A program made the position numbers and the translations under genes. Of a stretch of DNA of 64,000 bases, positions 37,035 through 50,408 are shown piece after piece. Position 1 is the first letter of the stretch, and the number at the start of each line of letters is the position of its first letter. The notes under the pieces are model-generated. The model ran no database searches. It was not told the DNA's origin and was given only the letters and a program-made list of their open reading frames with translations. The DNA lies in contig CAJINV010000002.1 of the NCBI GenBank assembly GCA_905178155.1, positions 1,277,809 through 1,341,808 of the forward strand. The letters are read 5' to 3'. The DNA is from Amoebophrya sp. A120. Lineage: Eukaryota; Protista; Dinoflagellata.

Positions 37035-38811
37035 CGGCTATCAGTTAAACTGACTTACTTATTGTTATATGCAAAACAAAAGTAATTGAAATCAATAAAA
37101 TCAAATTGATAATGCGCGACGTGCTTCTATCTGGTACGTAGATAAACAAATACGAATACCACTAATTACCCGCCAACTTCTTGATGAAGTAGTAGCAGGA
37201 GCGGTTACTGAAGGCAGTTCTTTAGGGTTTGTTATATAGGTAATCAAAGCTATAACTATGCTAGAGCTTGTTTCGTGCAATAAAATCAAATCTGGAAGTG
37301 TTGCAACACTTTTGTCATCGGGAATACATGAAATCAGAAACAGTTTCTGCCTTTTCTTTGCAGTACCCATCATGCGAATACTACATGAGCAACTGAAACA
37401 GCAAAGCGATCCGGGGACCACGTGCTGGGATCCAGAATTTTCTTTTCGCGACGACATCCCAATCACCCTGACTTTTTGAACCGAAGTGGTACGTGATAGT
37501 TCTGACTATTTATGTTTGAACATCCGTACAGCTTTTCCAAGCAGTAGCAGATGCAGATCGATCCTCCACTCCTGATCATGTGTCACTTCATTTACTTGCC
37601 CTTCACAGAAGATTGATTCTAACAGGTGATCTTCTTGCGCATTTTGTTTTTTGACCTGATCTGATCAATTTGGCGGACCAGCCACACGGGACGAGATTTG
37701 ACATCTTACATTGATTTGACAGTTCCAATATTCGTGCTGCGAGGACCTGGGTAGTTTTTGCTAGAAAGATAGCACTGCCTTTTTCTGCTGGGCAGCAGGG
37801 CAGCAGCAACAGCAGGGCAGCAGCAACACTGGGATGATCTGTTTCGTGTTCATCTTGCGGTTAGAGAACACAATAGGTGGAAGAAAACTGGTACTCACCG
37901 GCGACCAGGAGCGTTTCGTTCGCGCTTCACGAAGAATGAAGCACCACCAGCGGATTTGCGGCTTTTCACTGTTAACTCTGTCTACTTAATGTTAATTTTG
38001 ATTAAGTACTTATACGCTCCCGTCCTTCGATTCCTAGCGATAGAAAGCTGTTGTAGGTTCTGGATTTGGTTTGGTTTCTCATTGTTGTTGTTCGATTTTT
38101 GTTCCCTCATAACTTTTCAAGCGACAGTGCATTGATGCTACAGAGCAGATCATGTTGGTTCATTCTGCATGCAAAAGCGCACGAAGAGAAGTAAACGCTC
38201 TTATAATGCTCCCAACATCACGTGCTCCTGTGGTGGACCGCTTTTTTTTTTCATCCAGTAGTACAACCTACTTCGTCGTGCAGCAGGGATTTTTTTACAC
38301 ACACCCTGATAGATAGCTGCCCACAGAAAAGTGCAGAAATTTCTGCAGCGCTATTTTTCTACCTGCCTGCACAAACTGAATGCCTACACGAGATTCTTGA
38401 TCTTGTGTGACAATATGGAAAAGTAAAAGACTAGTAGAGATAGGCTGCTACAGCGAGAAAAACGTGATTAGTTGAGGAGATGCGTTAATAAACAGTTATA
38501 AGCGTGGTCTCGCTCTAGTACTAGTCAGTGCCAAATTCTGATTTTCGACGGCTTGCAGCTTCGATTGATGCAATAAAAATGCTTATCCTGAAAAAGCACG
38601 GCCCGCAAAGCAAAAAATCCATCTTACTCCACAACTCAACAACACTATGCCAAGAATAAAACCCAGTTCTTGCGGATCTTCAAACTTTTTAAAGAAAATC
38701 TTGATTTAATTGTGCACAGATACTACAGACTCTTTAATTTTTCATTCTGGATCAGCTTGCTTGTTTGTTTGGTAAATGTTGATTTCGAGAGAAATTCATC
38801 AATGCAGTCGC

Positions 38812-41800
38812 CTACCGCTGCTGTCCTCCGCCTTGTGTCGCGAACTCACTAAGGCGCCGATTCACAATTCCACGGCGCTGGGGTCGTGCCGGTGCCGATG
38901 CTAATTGTGCGGCAGGAGCTGCAGCCTGTGGTTCTTGCGCTGCTCGAGGTTCTACTTCGCGCGCCCGAGAAGTACCAGCAACCTGTCGCTCTGCTGCACC
39001 GGCGGAGGATTGTACTGGTTCTGTTTGGACATGAACTTCGAGAGCAGGCCCGAGATAAGTCACGCCGCCGCGGCCGCTGCTACTTCCAGCAACTTGTGGT
39101 TGTGGTCCAGCAGGAGCAGGTGCAGCACCAGTAGTTCTGTAAATGCTGTGCTGCTGCTGGCTAGAAGTACTGGACGAGGAAGCGGTTGTACTAGGGTTCA
39201 AACCTGCACGTCCACCGCCCGAAGCCGTCGACGAAGACGGCGGTACAAAACCTCCACCCAGATGAACTTCCGGCATGTCATTTTCAAGAATGATCTCCTT
39301 AAAAAACCTCTCCTTCATCAGCGGCACAGTCAGCCGCAAGCCGGCCCGCCCCACAATGTTGCGCGGGAGGGCTTGGGAGACCAGCAAGTTCTGCACCTGG
39401 ACCGGCGGGGAGTTGTTGTCAGCGCTGTTGGGCGGAACAACTGGTCGAATTGCCTCGTCCAGTTCCGACTTTAACCGGCGGCTCGCCTCTGCGAGCACGT
39501 GTTGGAACTTCCGCTGCAGCGCTTGCAAAAAGGATTGCCTAAAAATCCTGTTGTCTTCAGAACTTGCCTGGTGCTGTTGCTGTTGGTGTTGTTCTCTGGT
39601 GTCTGTGTCAGCGTTTGTAGTATAATTTCTACTATCCAGGCGCGTCATCAAACTCGTTCGCCGCACTTTTTCCTTGAAGTTTTTGTCCGGCCAGGGAAAA
39701 AATACGGTCATGGGCTCCCAGGACGGGCGGTTGCTGTCTCGCCGTCGATCGTCCCCTGTCCGCAATTCTTGTCCGGCTTCATTACGATCGGGCTGGAAAA
39801 ACTCCTGCAAGTACTTCAACTCCTTCCGCACTCGCACCAGCTTCGCTCGTTCTTCTTCCGTCAGCTGTGTGTTTGTCCACTGGTTCTGCAACTCCAATAT
39901 TTTCCCCGTCACGATCCGGGTTTCTTCCTGGATCATCTCCTGTATTAGACGAGCCTTCTCCGCGCGTGTTCGCTCCTCGTCAATAGCAAAAGCGCCGTTC
40001 ACGTTCACGACGGCGGGCAGATAGTCCCGCCTGGGATAGCTTCTTATTCCCGCTTCTTCACGCTCTTCGATCCACTTGGCCAGATGCTCGTCCACGTAGG
40101 GTTCCCGGCGGGCGAGGAATTCTGTTTCCAAAATCAGTATCCGCTTCAAAAGTTCCTGTTTGACAAACTCGAGCTTCAGCACCCAGAGAAAAGCGGCTTC
40201 GTTGATGTTTTTCTGCCACTCGGCCAGGAGCTGGCCGAGGTCCTTGATGTTGTCCAATAAAGTCCCTTCGTTTCTTGTTGTTGCTGGCGCTCCTCTGGGA
40301 AAACTTGTACTACCTGTGCTACCCAGCAACACCTGCTCCATGATCCACTCGCGGGTGCTGGAGAACCCGGCGAGGCGTGGGTCTGTGCGAGTATCGGGGC
40401 GAAAAAAAGTCTCGTTCCGCGCCTGTCTGTCTATCCTGAGTAAAAACGTCCCCACACCAGAGTTGTCATGCAAATCTGCATGCCAAAAAAGTTTGTCATG
40501 CGGAGCGTCATGAGAGACATGTTCTAGTCGTGTTTTGGAATTGTGATGCTATAATCTGCATGATATACTAGATCTGTGATGCTGCTGAACTACCTAAATC
40601 GAGGATTACACTACGAGGAGAAACTTGTCATGCCAAATGACCAAAGCTGGCTGATTTGTCTAGCAGATTTCCCATCTTGACTCTGGTGTGGGGACGTTTT
40701 TACAGATGATACTGTCCCTCTCAACTTCTTCCAAGTACCTCGCGGTTGTCCCCTGCTGCCCTTTATCAAATGCAAAAATGTCTGGGTCTGGAAAAATGCA
40801 GACTTGTCATGCATATTTTGTATGATGATTGATGCCTCTAATACATAATCTAGCAACACAGATTTTTAGAGCGCTTCCTAATGCCTATTCCGCATGAGAA
40901 ATGCCCTCTCCACGTAACACAAACTGGAGTCCTGTTGCTGGTCATGCAATACAGATTTTTTTGGAATCCAAAGACAGCATTACAAGTTACAATCTTCCAG
41001 ACCCAGACATTTTTGCAATCCATACCCTTTTTTCGCATACTGATGTGTGAATCGCTGACGGATTGAGTTTATCAAATGTAAAAATGTCTGGGTCTGGAAG
41101 ATTCTGAGATTTGTCATGCATGTTTTGCATGACCCAGGACGTCTGTAATGCACGACCGCGCGTCACAGATTTTGAGAGGGCTTCCTGATGCCTACTCCGC
41201 ATGACAAACGCCCTCCCCGCGTAGCACAAACTAGACTCCTCTTGCTGGTCATGCAATACAGATTTTTCTAGAGTCCAAAGATAGCATGACAAATTCGGAT
41301 TCTTCCAGACCCAGACATTTTTACATTTGATAGAGTTCTCCCTCACGACGGAGCCCGCGAAGGACATTTCGGCTGGGAGAGCCGGCGCGTATCCTGTGCA
41401 AAAGTATCGTAATATTCGTATAAATGCATTACAAATTTCCTCAGCATGAGAAAATAGAGTTCGTAATGGAGATTCGCCTTGGAAACAAGATTTGTAATGC
41501 AGGACTTCGACTTGCATTTATACGAGTACGATACTTTTGCACAGGATAGCGCGCCAAATTGGTCCATGTAGGTCGTCTCGAATGTTAAATCATTTCTACG
41601 TCGGTCGCGCTGTTCTTCGGGAGTGGGCAAGGGTTCGTGCCTGGAAGCAAATAGCAACGCGAAAAATTTTCTGTGCTCGTTGTCCAGAATCGGCTTCACC
41701 GAAGGATCATCGTTCTGTCCCGGAAAATGTCCTCTTCTTGCTGCGTATGCATTGCAAATATGTCTGGGTCTGGGAGAGTTGGAACTTGTGATGCAAATTT

Positions 41801-43841
41801 CGGATAACGCAAAGATCTGTCATGCATAGAAAGCAAATGCGTCTCAGAACTTGGTACCATAAGGGGGGATTTGTCATGCGGAGTAGGCATTGAGACACCT
41901 TCTACTCAAGCTGTGTGATGCTAGGGCTTGCATGGCAGACCTCCTGAGTCATGCAAGAGCAGCATGACAAACATCTGCACTCATCCAGACCCAGAAACTT
42001 TTGCAATGCATACTGCGTCGACGTCCAAGTTCGGCGCAGTCTCTTTGAAAACTTTTTGCCCATTCTCCGGAAGTATCAAATGTAAAAATGTCTGGGTCTG
42101 GAAGGTTAGAACTTGTCATGCTAAATTTTTTTTTTTTGCTAGGCAATTCGCACGCCGGTCGGTTTTCGCTGATTTCTTTTTTCTTTTCTTTTTATTTTTT
42201 CTTTTTTTTTTTTTGTTGCGTCCTCTTTCTTTTCTTTTTTTCTTTTATTCCGACACAGCTGACGAACCTGTGATGCTGCATTTGGATTCCAAAAAAATCT
42301 GTATTGCATGAGTACCAAAGGAAATGCAATTTTTGCTACGCTGAGCTGAGCAGAAGGCATTTGTCATGCGGAATACGCATCAAGAAGCCCGCAAAAAAAT
42401 TGTATTGCTAGGGTATGCATCATAGACATCATGGCTCATGCAAAACGCGCATGACAAGTGTCAGAATCTTCCAGACCCAGACACTTTTACAGTTGATAGG
42501 AAGTGCAGCAGAAATCAACTGGAATCGGGCCTCTATGCTCAGGTGCGAAAATACATTGTACTTCAGCGCGGCGACTTTTTCCAAATGTTTTCTGGCGGCT
42601 CGTAACCCCTTGCGTAAGTCGTCTCGACGAGAACATCTTCTCGTCGGTATTTCTGTTGTTCGCCGGGTCGTGGACGTGGTCGAGGTCGTGCTGGTTCTTT
42701 CTGGTTCTACTGTGGGCAGGTATTGGCAATACTGATCTTCACCAACCAGCTGTTGCCAAACCCATTTTCCCAATTGTCGGCTTTCTACCTCCGGACGGGT
42801 GACAAACACGGGCACGGGCTCCTGAGGACTGCTCGATGGTGGCGCAGGTTTTGCCTTTGCTGCGCTTTTTTTCCCGCCACGACGACGAGAGGAGCTGCCC
42901 GTAGCTTTGCTTTTGGGAGGAGGTAGTAGTACTCGGATCAAAATTTGCTGCATTTTCTTCGCATTTTCCGACTGTTCCGCCCACAGCTTGCCGGCAAATG
43001 CGCTGCCTTCCTCTTTAGATTGCTTTTCGTGGCTTTCGAACTTTTCATTTACTTCTTTGAAAACTTGATGCAACTTCACCCGAAACCCCGTTCGCAGGTC
43101 CCAAACTTTGATTGCCTGAAGGAACTCGGTCCAATTCGCGCGGGCGTGCAACTTGGCATGCGCAAGCTCATCCCGCCGGCGCTGGAGATTCTGTTGGGCA
43201 TTCCCGTCCGCTATCAAATGCAAAAATGTCTGGGTCTGGAAGAATGAAACTTGTGATGCCGCACTTGGATTCCAAAAAAATCTGCATTGCATGAGCAGCA
43301 AAGAGAACGCAATTTGTGCTACGCGGAGAGGGCATTTGTCATGCGGAATAGGCATCAAGAAGCCCTCAACAAATCTGTGAAGCGAGGGCATGCATCACCG
43401 ACATCATGGCTCATGCAAAACGTGCATGACAACTATCAGAATCTTCCAGACCCAGACATTTTTACAATCCATATCCGCGCGTCTCTCCCGCGTCTCCAGC
43501 TCTGGGCTGTACGCAAGACGCCAATTCTCGAACCGCTGGCGCATCTCCTGCATGCGTGCTGCCTCTTCTTTTTTCTCCTGCGGCGACAGAGTAGCCGTTC
43601 TTTTCGCTGGTGTTTTGTCTTGGTACAGGTTGTCCAAGTCAGTTTTTAAGAACTTTCTGCCCAGTTTCTTATGCAGCTTCACCTTCACCGCCGAAACGAA
43701 GAAGAGATGATCAACATGATCTCCGGCTGGAGATGGTGATCCCACTCCGAAAATGCTAAGGCTCTGTAGTTCGGAGGATTTGCTTTGCAGCTGCAAACAT
43801 GCAGCAGCTGCGAACAAAGAAATCCGCTGCCGCGTCAACAT
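38812..43841 (-). CDS. Predicted secreted coiled-coil protein, ~1,025 aa, 8 exons
   Basis: MLTRQRISLFAAAACLQL signal-like start; seven TIR introns, all with perfect DRs and all rejoining in frame. Confidence 0.85.
40432..40711. mobile_element. TIR introner C (280 bp)
   Basis: DR CTGTC/CTGTC. Confidence 0.95.
40764..41024. mobile_element. TIR introner A (261 bp)
   Basis: DR CCCTT/CCCTT. Confidence 0.95.
41070..41332. mobile_element. TIR introner A (263 bp)
   Basis: DR GAGTT/GAGTT. Confidence 0.95.
41390..41548. mobile_element. TIR introner B (159 bp)
   Basis: DR GCGCG/GCGCG. Confidence 0.95.
41746..42012. mobile_element. TIR introner A (267 bp)
   Basis: DR CTGCG/CTGCG. Confidence 0.95.
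42074..42498. mobile_element. TIR introner A (425 bp) with a T-rich nested insert
   Basis: DR GGAAG/GGAAG; poly-T-rich segment at ~42126-42265. Confidence 0.92.
43212..43473. mobile_element. TIR introner A (262 bp)
   Basis: DR TCCGC/TCCGC. Confidence 0.95.
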
Positions 43842-45875
43842 GTTTGATAAAAAGGACTTGACTCACTGCAAGATGATGGATGCTACTAGTACTACTGTGA
43901 TTAATGAATTTCTTTGCGTCGGCAATAGAACAGAAAACGCTCGGTTTGAGAAGAGAACAAAACCACTTACTTTAATTTTTAGAATAGAAAATCACGCGAA
44001 AAAAAACTGTTAGTGTGTGCTCTCTGCAGTTCAAATTCTTGGATGCAACATTAATCTCACTTGGAGTCTACGAATATTGCGAAGATCTTTTGTGCAAGCG
44101 AATTAGTAGAACCGATTCAGTGTAACAAACAGTCTCCTCTCTTAACCTTATGCAGCACGACACAATGCTTGTAGGAATTTTTTCCGAAAGCGAAAATTGT
44201 TGCAGATGTTGAATTTGTGAAGTGACGTTATGCTGGCTGGTAGAGATTATAGATAGTTCGTTGAATTTGTGAAGGTAGTAGAGATTATACACGTAAAAAA
44301 CGATGAGAAAGTAGTTGTAGGTTTGCGCGAGCTGCTCCAAAACTGTTTTGGTTCTTGATTCGATATGAGTAGCAAACAACAACAAATGCATGGGATGGAT
44401 CATTGGTTATTTTATCTCACTCCGAACCGCCGCCCGAAGGTGGTTCTATAATTTGGGATCTTGAAGCTTTCCGATTCTGCTTTTTTTTCTACTGTACACA
44501 TGCAACTACAATTGAGCAACCGAAACAGCAAAACGATCCGAGAGCCACGTGCTGGGATCAAGAATTTTCTTTTCGCGACGAGGTCACACACATCCTAATT
44601 TTCTGAACCGAAGTGGAGATCGTAATATTTCTTGATCCATTTTATTTTCGTTAAAGATCTCGCTGTGCTTCAACATCTTTGTGTGACATTTCCTCGGTCT
44701 GCTTTGATCGGAGGTCGCAGGAGGAGCCTTTATTTCAAGCCATTCATTATTCGAGATCGAAGATGAGGTCTTCCATTCATCAAAATTATAACCTCAACAA
44801 AGACAAAAAGACGCACGCGTGCTCTTTGGTTTTGCCCTGCTGTATGGAAGCAGGCAACTTCTAGACCAGCACCAGCTCCTGTGCGGAGGATCTCGGGCTA
44901 CATCTTCTGCCGATGATTTTTGCGAAGATATTGAGTCGTAAGTTCATCCTTTCCGATAATGTACAGATGCATTTATTATTCGATTTAAGAGTTGTGTAGT
45001 TCACAAGTACTATCAAAGCTTCCTGTTCCATTGCCCCTACGAGTATGTAAGTTGTCGTCGTATTTTCTTTTCATTCTCCATCGCACCATTTACATAATTT
45101 TCGATGTAGTAGAAGTTCTTGTCAACTCTTGTCTGCCGTAGTTGCTGCTACTTTTTTACCCATGAGCTCATGGCTGCAATGCGCCATGTGATATCGACGA
45201 GTTCATTTTGTGTATATAGTGGACGGTGATGATGAAACCTGTGCTCGTACAATTCTACTGATATTAGTGTCTGGCAATGCGAAACCTATCTCCTGGGTCA
45301 TGAAAATACAATTGGTGTTACAGTGGTGAAGTTCTGAACTCACCTAAAGTTTTCTGTGCAATCAAGTGGTATAATGATCCGATATAACAATTCTGCTAAA
45401 CTCTGCTCGTGTCAAAGGTAAAAGGTAAAAACTGTAAAATGGTTAATATTGGTTGAAGTTTCTCGGTAGAAACAAGCACATAAAACATCAAATTTCGCTC
45501 TCCCCAGGGAAACGAATTTTCCGGTATCTTACCTGTACAGGCCGTTGTCGGAAGTAGATTCTTGTGGTGTTTTTCGTTCTACATTCGTCGTAGTTGATCC
45601 GGATGAAACTAAATAAACAGGAAAAATCGAGATTTGTCCATTTGGTTCTTCCGTCTCTTCTTCCTCCTGATGTTGAGAATTCGAACTTATTACCATTTTT
45701 TGAAAATGAAGTCATGCACCTGGTGCATGCGAAAAGAAATCCATTCGTAACAAAAACAAATACATGCAAGCAGTGCACGCATGACATAATTTCAGCCTAC
45801 GCATGATAGTTAAGATGCCGTGGTCACTGAAGACTAGTACGCATCACAAATAACGACATTCTATACCGTCTGCGC

Positions 45876-47225
45876 TTAATCGTGACCGATCTCCTCTTCG
45901 ATCTCCTCGATGCGGCGCTGCAGAGCGATGATCTGCTGGTGGACGGACGTCTTCTCACCCTTGAGGGTGGTCAGCTGCTGCTGCAATCGCACTATGAAAT
46001 GCAAAAGCATCGTACACGTACTAGTACAAATCGCATGACAAATTTCCTCAGCAACATGAGAAATAGAATTTGTAATGCAGCGGATTCAACGTGAGAAAGA
46101 AATTTGCAATGCATGACTGCGATTACTACGAGTACTATACTTTTGCACAGGATACGCACGTTCTCGGATTTCTGCAAGTTCGCCTGCACCCGGAACTCCT
46201 CCTCCATACGCTAGTTTGTCATGCGGAAATGGGTAGCATAGGGCTTTTTGTCATGCGCATTTTGCAATATGCTGGCATGCTTTCTTCCGTTGTACTTGTA
46301 CTAGTCGTCAAGCCAGTTGTGCAATACAGATACAGAACCTCTCTCTCGTATCCTAAATTCCGCATGACAGAGACAATCTGCTATGCTACAAACCCGTTTC
46401 ACCAAGATAGGGACGTCCGCGGCGAAGTAGCGCTTGATGTCACCGAGCTGCCCTTGGAGACTGAGTGGTTTGATTCATTGATTTGTTTACGTTTGTATTG
46501 CTGTGCTTCTATGCGGATTTATGCATGACAAAAAGTTTCTCATGTGGTAGATTATGCATGACAAAAAAATCTTCAACTCTAGTTCTATACCCATTCGACG
46601 AAGACAAGTTCTCGGACTTGATGGTTTATCCCGTGTAAAAACTTCCCCACCCCAGAATCAAATTGGTAAATCTGCATCACAAATCTCCAAGTTTTGGGAG
46701 TTATGCATGACAAGTTTCCCTCAATCTGTAGCGTAGTGCTGTTTCTGTTTAGCAAGGAGAGCAGCATCACAAAGACGCCTCCCTGCTTATCCCGTCAGCA
46801 TGACAAATCAAAGGAACACAACTAGAAATCAAATTCGAATTCCTCTCGTGCGGACGTGCATTACAGATTTTTCTGTAGATGCAAATCTGCATGACAACTA
46901 TGGGATGGGCACGTTTTTACTCAGGATATGGTTTCGAGTTGGTTCTTCTCGATGCCGATTTCTTCGTTTTGCATCTGCAGGGGGTATATCAAATGCAAAA
47001 GCCTCGTACTAGTAAAAATCGCATGACAAATCCCCTCAGCATGAAAAATGAAATTTGTAATGCGGATTTAGGTTAAGAAGGAGATTTCTAATGCATGACT
47101 GCGATTTTTACTACGAGTACGATACTTTTGCAGAGCATAAAGTAGGCCATATCCTGGACCTTTCCCTTCAACCCGGTGGACCGCTTGCGGTCGAACCCAT
47201 CGGTCTGGTACTGGGAGGCGTTCAT
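45876..47225 (-). CDS. Small coiled-coil protein, ~134 aa, 6 exons (not in the ORF track)
   Basis: MNASQYQTDGFDRKRSTGLKGKVQDMAY|xLQMQNEEIGIEKNQLET|IKSENLSSSNG|LQGQLGDIKRYFAADVPILVKR|RMEEEFRVQANLQKSENVR|LQQQLTTLKGEKTSVHQQIIALQRRIEEIEEEIGHD*; three TIR introns and two GT-AG introns. Confidence 0.85.
45993..46154. mobile_element. TIR introner B (162 bp)
   Basis: DR CGCAC/CGCAC. Confidence 0.95.
46211..46393 (-). other. GT-AG intron without TIRs (183 bp)
   Basis: GTTTGT...AACTAG; in frame; contains TTGTCATGC motifs. Confidence 0.65.
46461..46590 (-). other. GT-AG intron without TIRs (130 bp)
   Basis: GTATAG...CACTCAG; in frame; contains GCATGACAAA twice. Confidence 0.75.
46627..46928. mobile_element. 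TIR introner C (302 bp)
   Basis: DR TGGTT/TGGTT. Confidence 0.93.
46987..47139. mobile_element. TIR introner B (153 bp)
   Basis: DR GGGTA/AAGTA. Confidence 0.9.
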
Positions 47226-47648
47226 TTTGATAGTGGTTTTTGTTTTCAAAAAATGAAAACAACCGGTTTATTTCCCCTTCCTTCAAGAAAAAAAATCTGC
47301 TGGATTTTTGGTGATGATGATGATTAATTTTGAGATGTTTTATGATTTTGAAATCACTTCCAACGTGGGGGACCTCAACGTAGTGATGGTCAACTACTAA
47401 GGCTAAGCGGGCACATCAAATTGCACTTACTATTAAACCAGGACTTCTACTTGCCTTACGAAGAAGGGGGCGCATGCACAACTAGCTAATGTTGGGGGGA
47501 CGATAAATATTCTTATTCGCACAAAAAACACGACCCACCGACATTCTTCATTCCTGAAGACATTGACGTTTATTCCTCACAAAAATCCTCGTATCCAGTA
47601 GATCGAGTGCTACTCTCTACGTACGGCTTGGCTTGTACGTACAATCCC

Positions 47649-48977
47649 CTTAAGGTTGGATTCGCTCCCGCTCAGCAAAAATTATGCAAAACAACCATAC
47701 CGGACGGCACCAACTCCAACAACTAAGCACCCAGGAGGCAAATTAGCATGACAGATTTGCATAGGAAAAAGCAAAAGCGATTATGAGAGCGAATATTTTC
47801 ATGTGTGGGTTCTTGCGGTCTGCTGGTGGTGAACGTCTTCACCTATCGCCTTAAGCACCGGCCTAAACCTGCACCCCGTTTGCCGACAGGGTGCAGATCG
47901 ATCATGATCCGCGGCTCCAGCCCTGAGTAATTCGCATAAAGAAAAAGTAAAAGATCCTAAAGACTCAGCGCATGTTCCTAGCGTAGAACTCATCTCTCAT
48001 TGGCATTTTCACTCGCGGATTCTCTCCTGGAACAAACTCTACCAATGCAATACAAAGCAAGTTTTTTCCCCTTGTGCTAAGTTCTTCATGTGCTTTGTGA
48101 GATGCTTTGCATTTTTCAAAAAAGATAATTGTAACTTGGAGAGAGCTTCAGCCTGACTCTTATCCATGTGCAAAATCTACCTTTGTAGGACTCTCAAACT
48201 GGACTCTCGAGAAAAGAGGGCACAACCAGACGCATGCAGAATGTACTCTCAGGTGCAAAAGGACAGGAATTTTCTGTCAACCATGAATAGAAACATAGAA
48301 ATAANNNNNNNNNNNNNNNNNCTTAAGGTTGGATTCGCTCCCGCTCAGCAAAAATTATGCAAAACAACCATACCGGACGGCACCAACTCCAACAACTAAG
48401 CACCCAGGAGGCAAATTAGCATGACAGATTTGCATAGGAAAAAGCAAAAGCGATTATGAGAGCGAATATTTTCATGTGTGGGTTCTTGCGGTCTGCTGGT
48501 GGTGAACGTCTTCACCTATCGCCTTAAGCACCGGCCTAAACCTGCACCCCGTTTGCCGACAGGGTGCAGATCGATCATGATCCGCGGCTCCAGCCCTGAG
48601 TAATTCGCATAAAGAAAAAGTAAAAGATCCTAAAGACTCAGCGCATGTTCCTAGCGTAGAACTCATCTCTCATTGGCATTTTCACTCGCGGATTCTCTCC
48701 TGGAACAAACTCTACCAATGCAATACAAAGCAAGTTTTTTCCCCTTGTGCTAAGTTCTTCATGTGCTTTGTGAGATGCTTTGCATTTTTCAAAAAAGATA
48801 ATTGTAACTTGGAGAGAGCTTCAGCCTGACTCTTATCCATGTGCAAAATCTACCTTTGTAGGACTCTCAAACTGGACTCTCGAGAAAAGAGGGCACAACC
48901 AGACGCATGCAGAATGTACTCTCAGGTGCAAAAGGACAGGAATTTTCTGTCAACCATGAATAGAAACATAGAAATAA
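47649..48977 (+). repeat. 656-bp tandem duplication flanking a 17-N gap (probable assembly artefact)
   Basis: 47649-48304 appears identical to 48322-48977. Confidence 0.85.
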
Positions 48978-49076
48978 CGATGCAAAAATAGAAATGTAGT
49001 CACAGACTGAGAACGCATTGCACTTTGTGCCCGAACAGCGAAATTGACATCTTGATGAATTCGCTCACGCTTAAGG

Positions 49077-50408
49077 TTAGATTCGCTCACGCTCAGCAAA
49101 AATTATGCAAAACAACCATACCGGACGGCACCAACTCCAATACGCACCCAAGAAGCAGATGACTATACGACAAATATTAGTAGCTAGCAGACGCGTGTTT
49201 GTACGCTTCATGCGCTCGTTTTCTGGAGTGGAATAATTATTGTTGTTCGATGATGTTGTTGTTGGGACTTCTGCATCACAAATCATCTTGTCGTCGTCCC
49301 CATTTACAACGTCGTTATGCATTTCGTAGTCCTCATCCTCCGCCGTTTCCTCCTCGAAGGGCGAGGAGGTGTTATCCTCGTTCTCTTTTTCTTGTTTGCT
49401 TCCCTCGGCCGCAGGTTCGCTACTAGCAGCTATGCCTGCTGACGCACCCAAAGTAGAACACGACCCCGAGTTTTGGTTTTCGTTTTCCGTTGCAGAAGTC
49501 TTCCCCTGTTCCTGTTGCACGAGGTCCTTTTTCATATTCTCTGCGGTTAACGGTGGGATCGGCGGTCCGGGAGAGCCTGCTTTTCTACTCCCGGTAGCTG
49601 TTGTGTCCTCTTGCTTGATGACAGAGGTGGAACAGTCGGTGCCAGTTGCTGAATTGTAGTTCTCGTGATGCAGTGGGTGACTCGCTTTGAAGTAGAAGTC
49701 CTCCTCCTGTTCTTCATTTATCTCCGAGGGTTTTTCTTGATCCGGCTCCTCAGAAGCAGCAGCCTGCTCGTTCTCGATCTCGCCATGGTCGATAATGAAC
49801 TCATCGGGATCACCGGGGTCGGTTTTCACTTCATCCTCCTCATCCGACAATGCTGCAACTTCTCGGTCGGTTTTGTTTTCCATTTCCTCATCCTCCTCTT
49901 CGTTGTAAAACATTCTAATGTTGTTCGCCCCGCACCGCACGGCGACCTTCTGGTCAATGTCGTCAAAGTCCTCGGCGTCGTTCGGATTTGTACCTGCTAA
50001 GCCCTTCAGCGACATAGTGTTGTTGAAATTCAAACCCTGGGTCGAGTTGAACATGGGGTTGGGGGAAGAATCGGAATTATCGTCGCCGAAGTCGAAATCA
50101 TCCGGGTTAAAATTGTTGTTGTGGGTACAGCCATCCGGTGCAGCACCTTCAGCGCCTATTCCCTCTGGATGATTCTTCTCCATAAATTCCGCCATCATCT
50201 CCTCATCGCTATTGGGAGAAATGGATTTGTTGTCACCATCATCTACTTCCGCATCACAAACTTTGTGATCCCCACGACTCATCATGATCTCCTCGTTTGT
50301 TCGTTCGCAAAAATTATGCAAAACAACCATACCGGACGGCACCAACTCCAATACGCACCCAAGAAGCAGATGACTATACAACAGATAGTAGCCGGATGCG
50401 TGTGCCAC
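49077..50408 (-). pseudogene. Duplicated exon fragment of the neighbouring large gene, frame still open
   Basis: ~49221-50302 is a diverged copy of ~52773-53875; flanked by direct repeats starting at 49096 and 50307. Confidence 0.7.

Noticed and set aside
47649-48977. 656-bp tandem duplication as a biological event
   Set aside because: The copies look identical and abut an N gap, typical of unmerged contig overlap.
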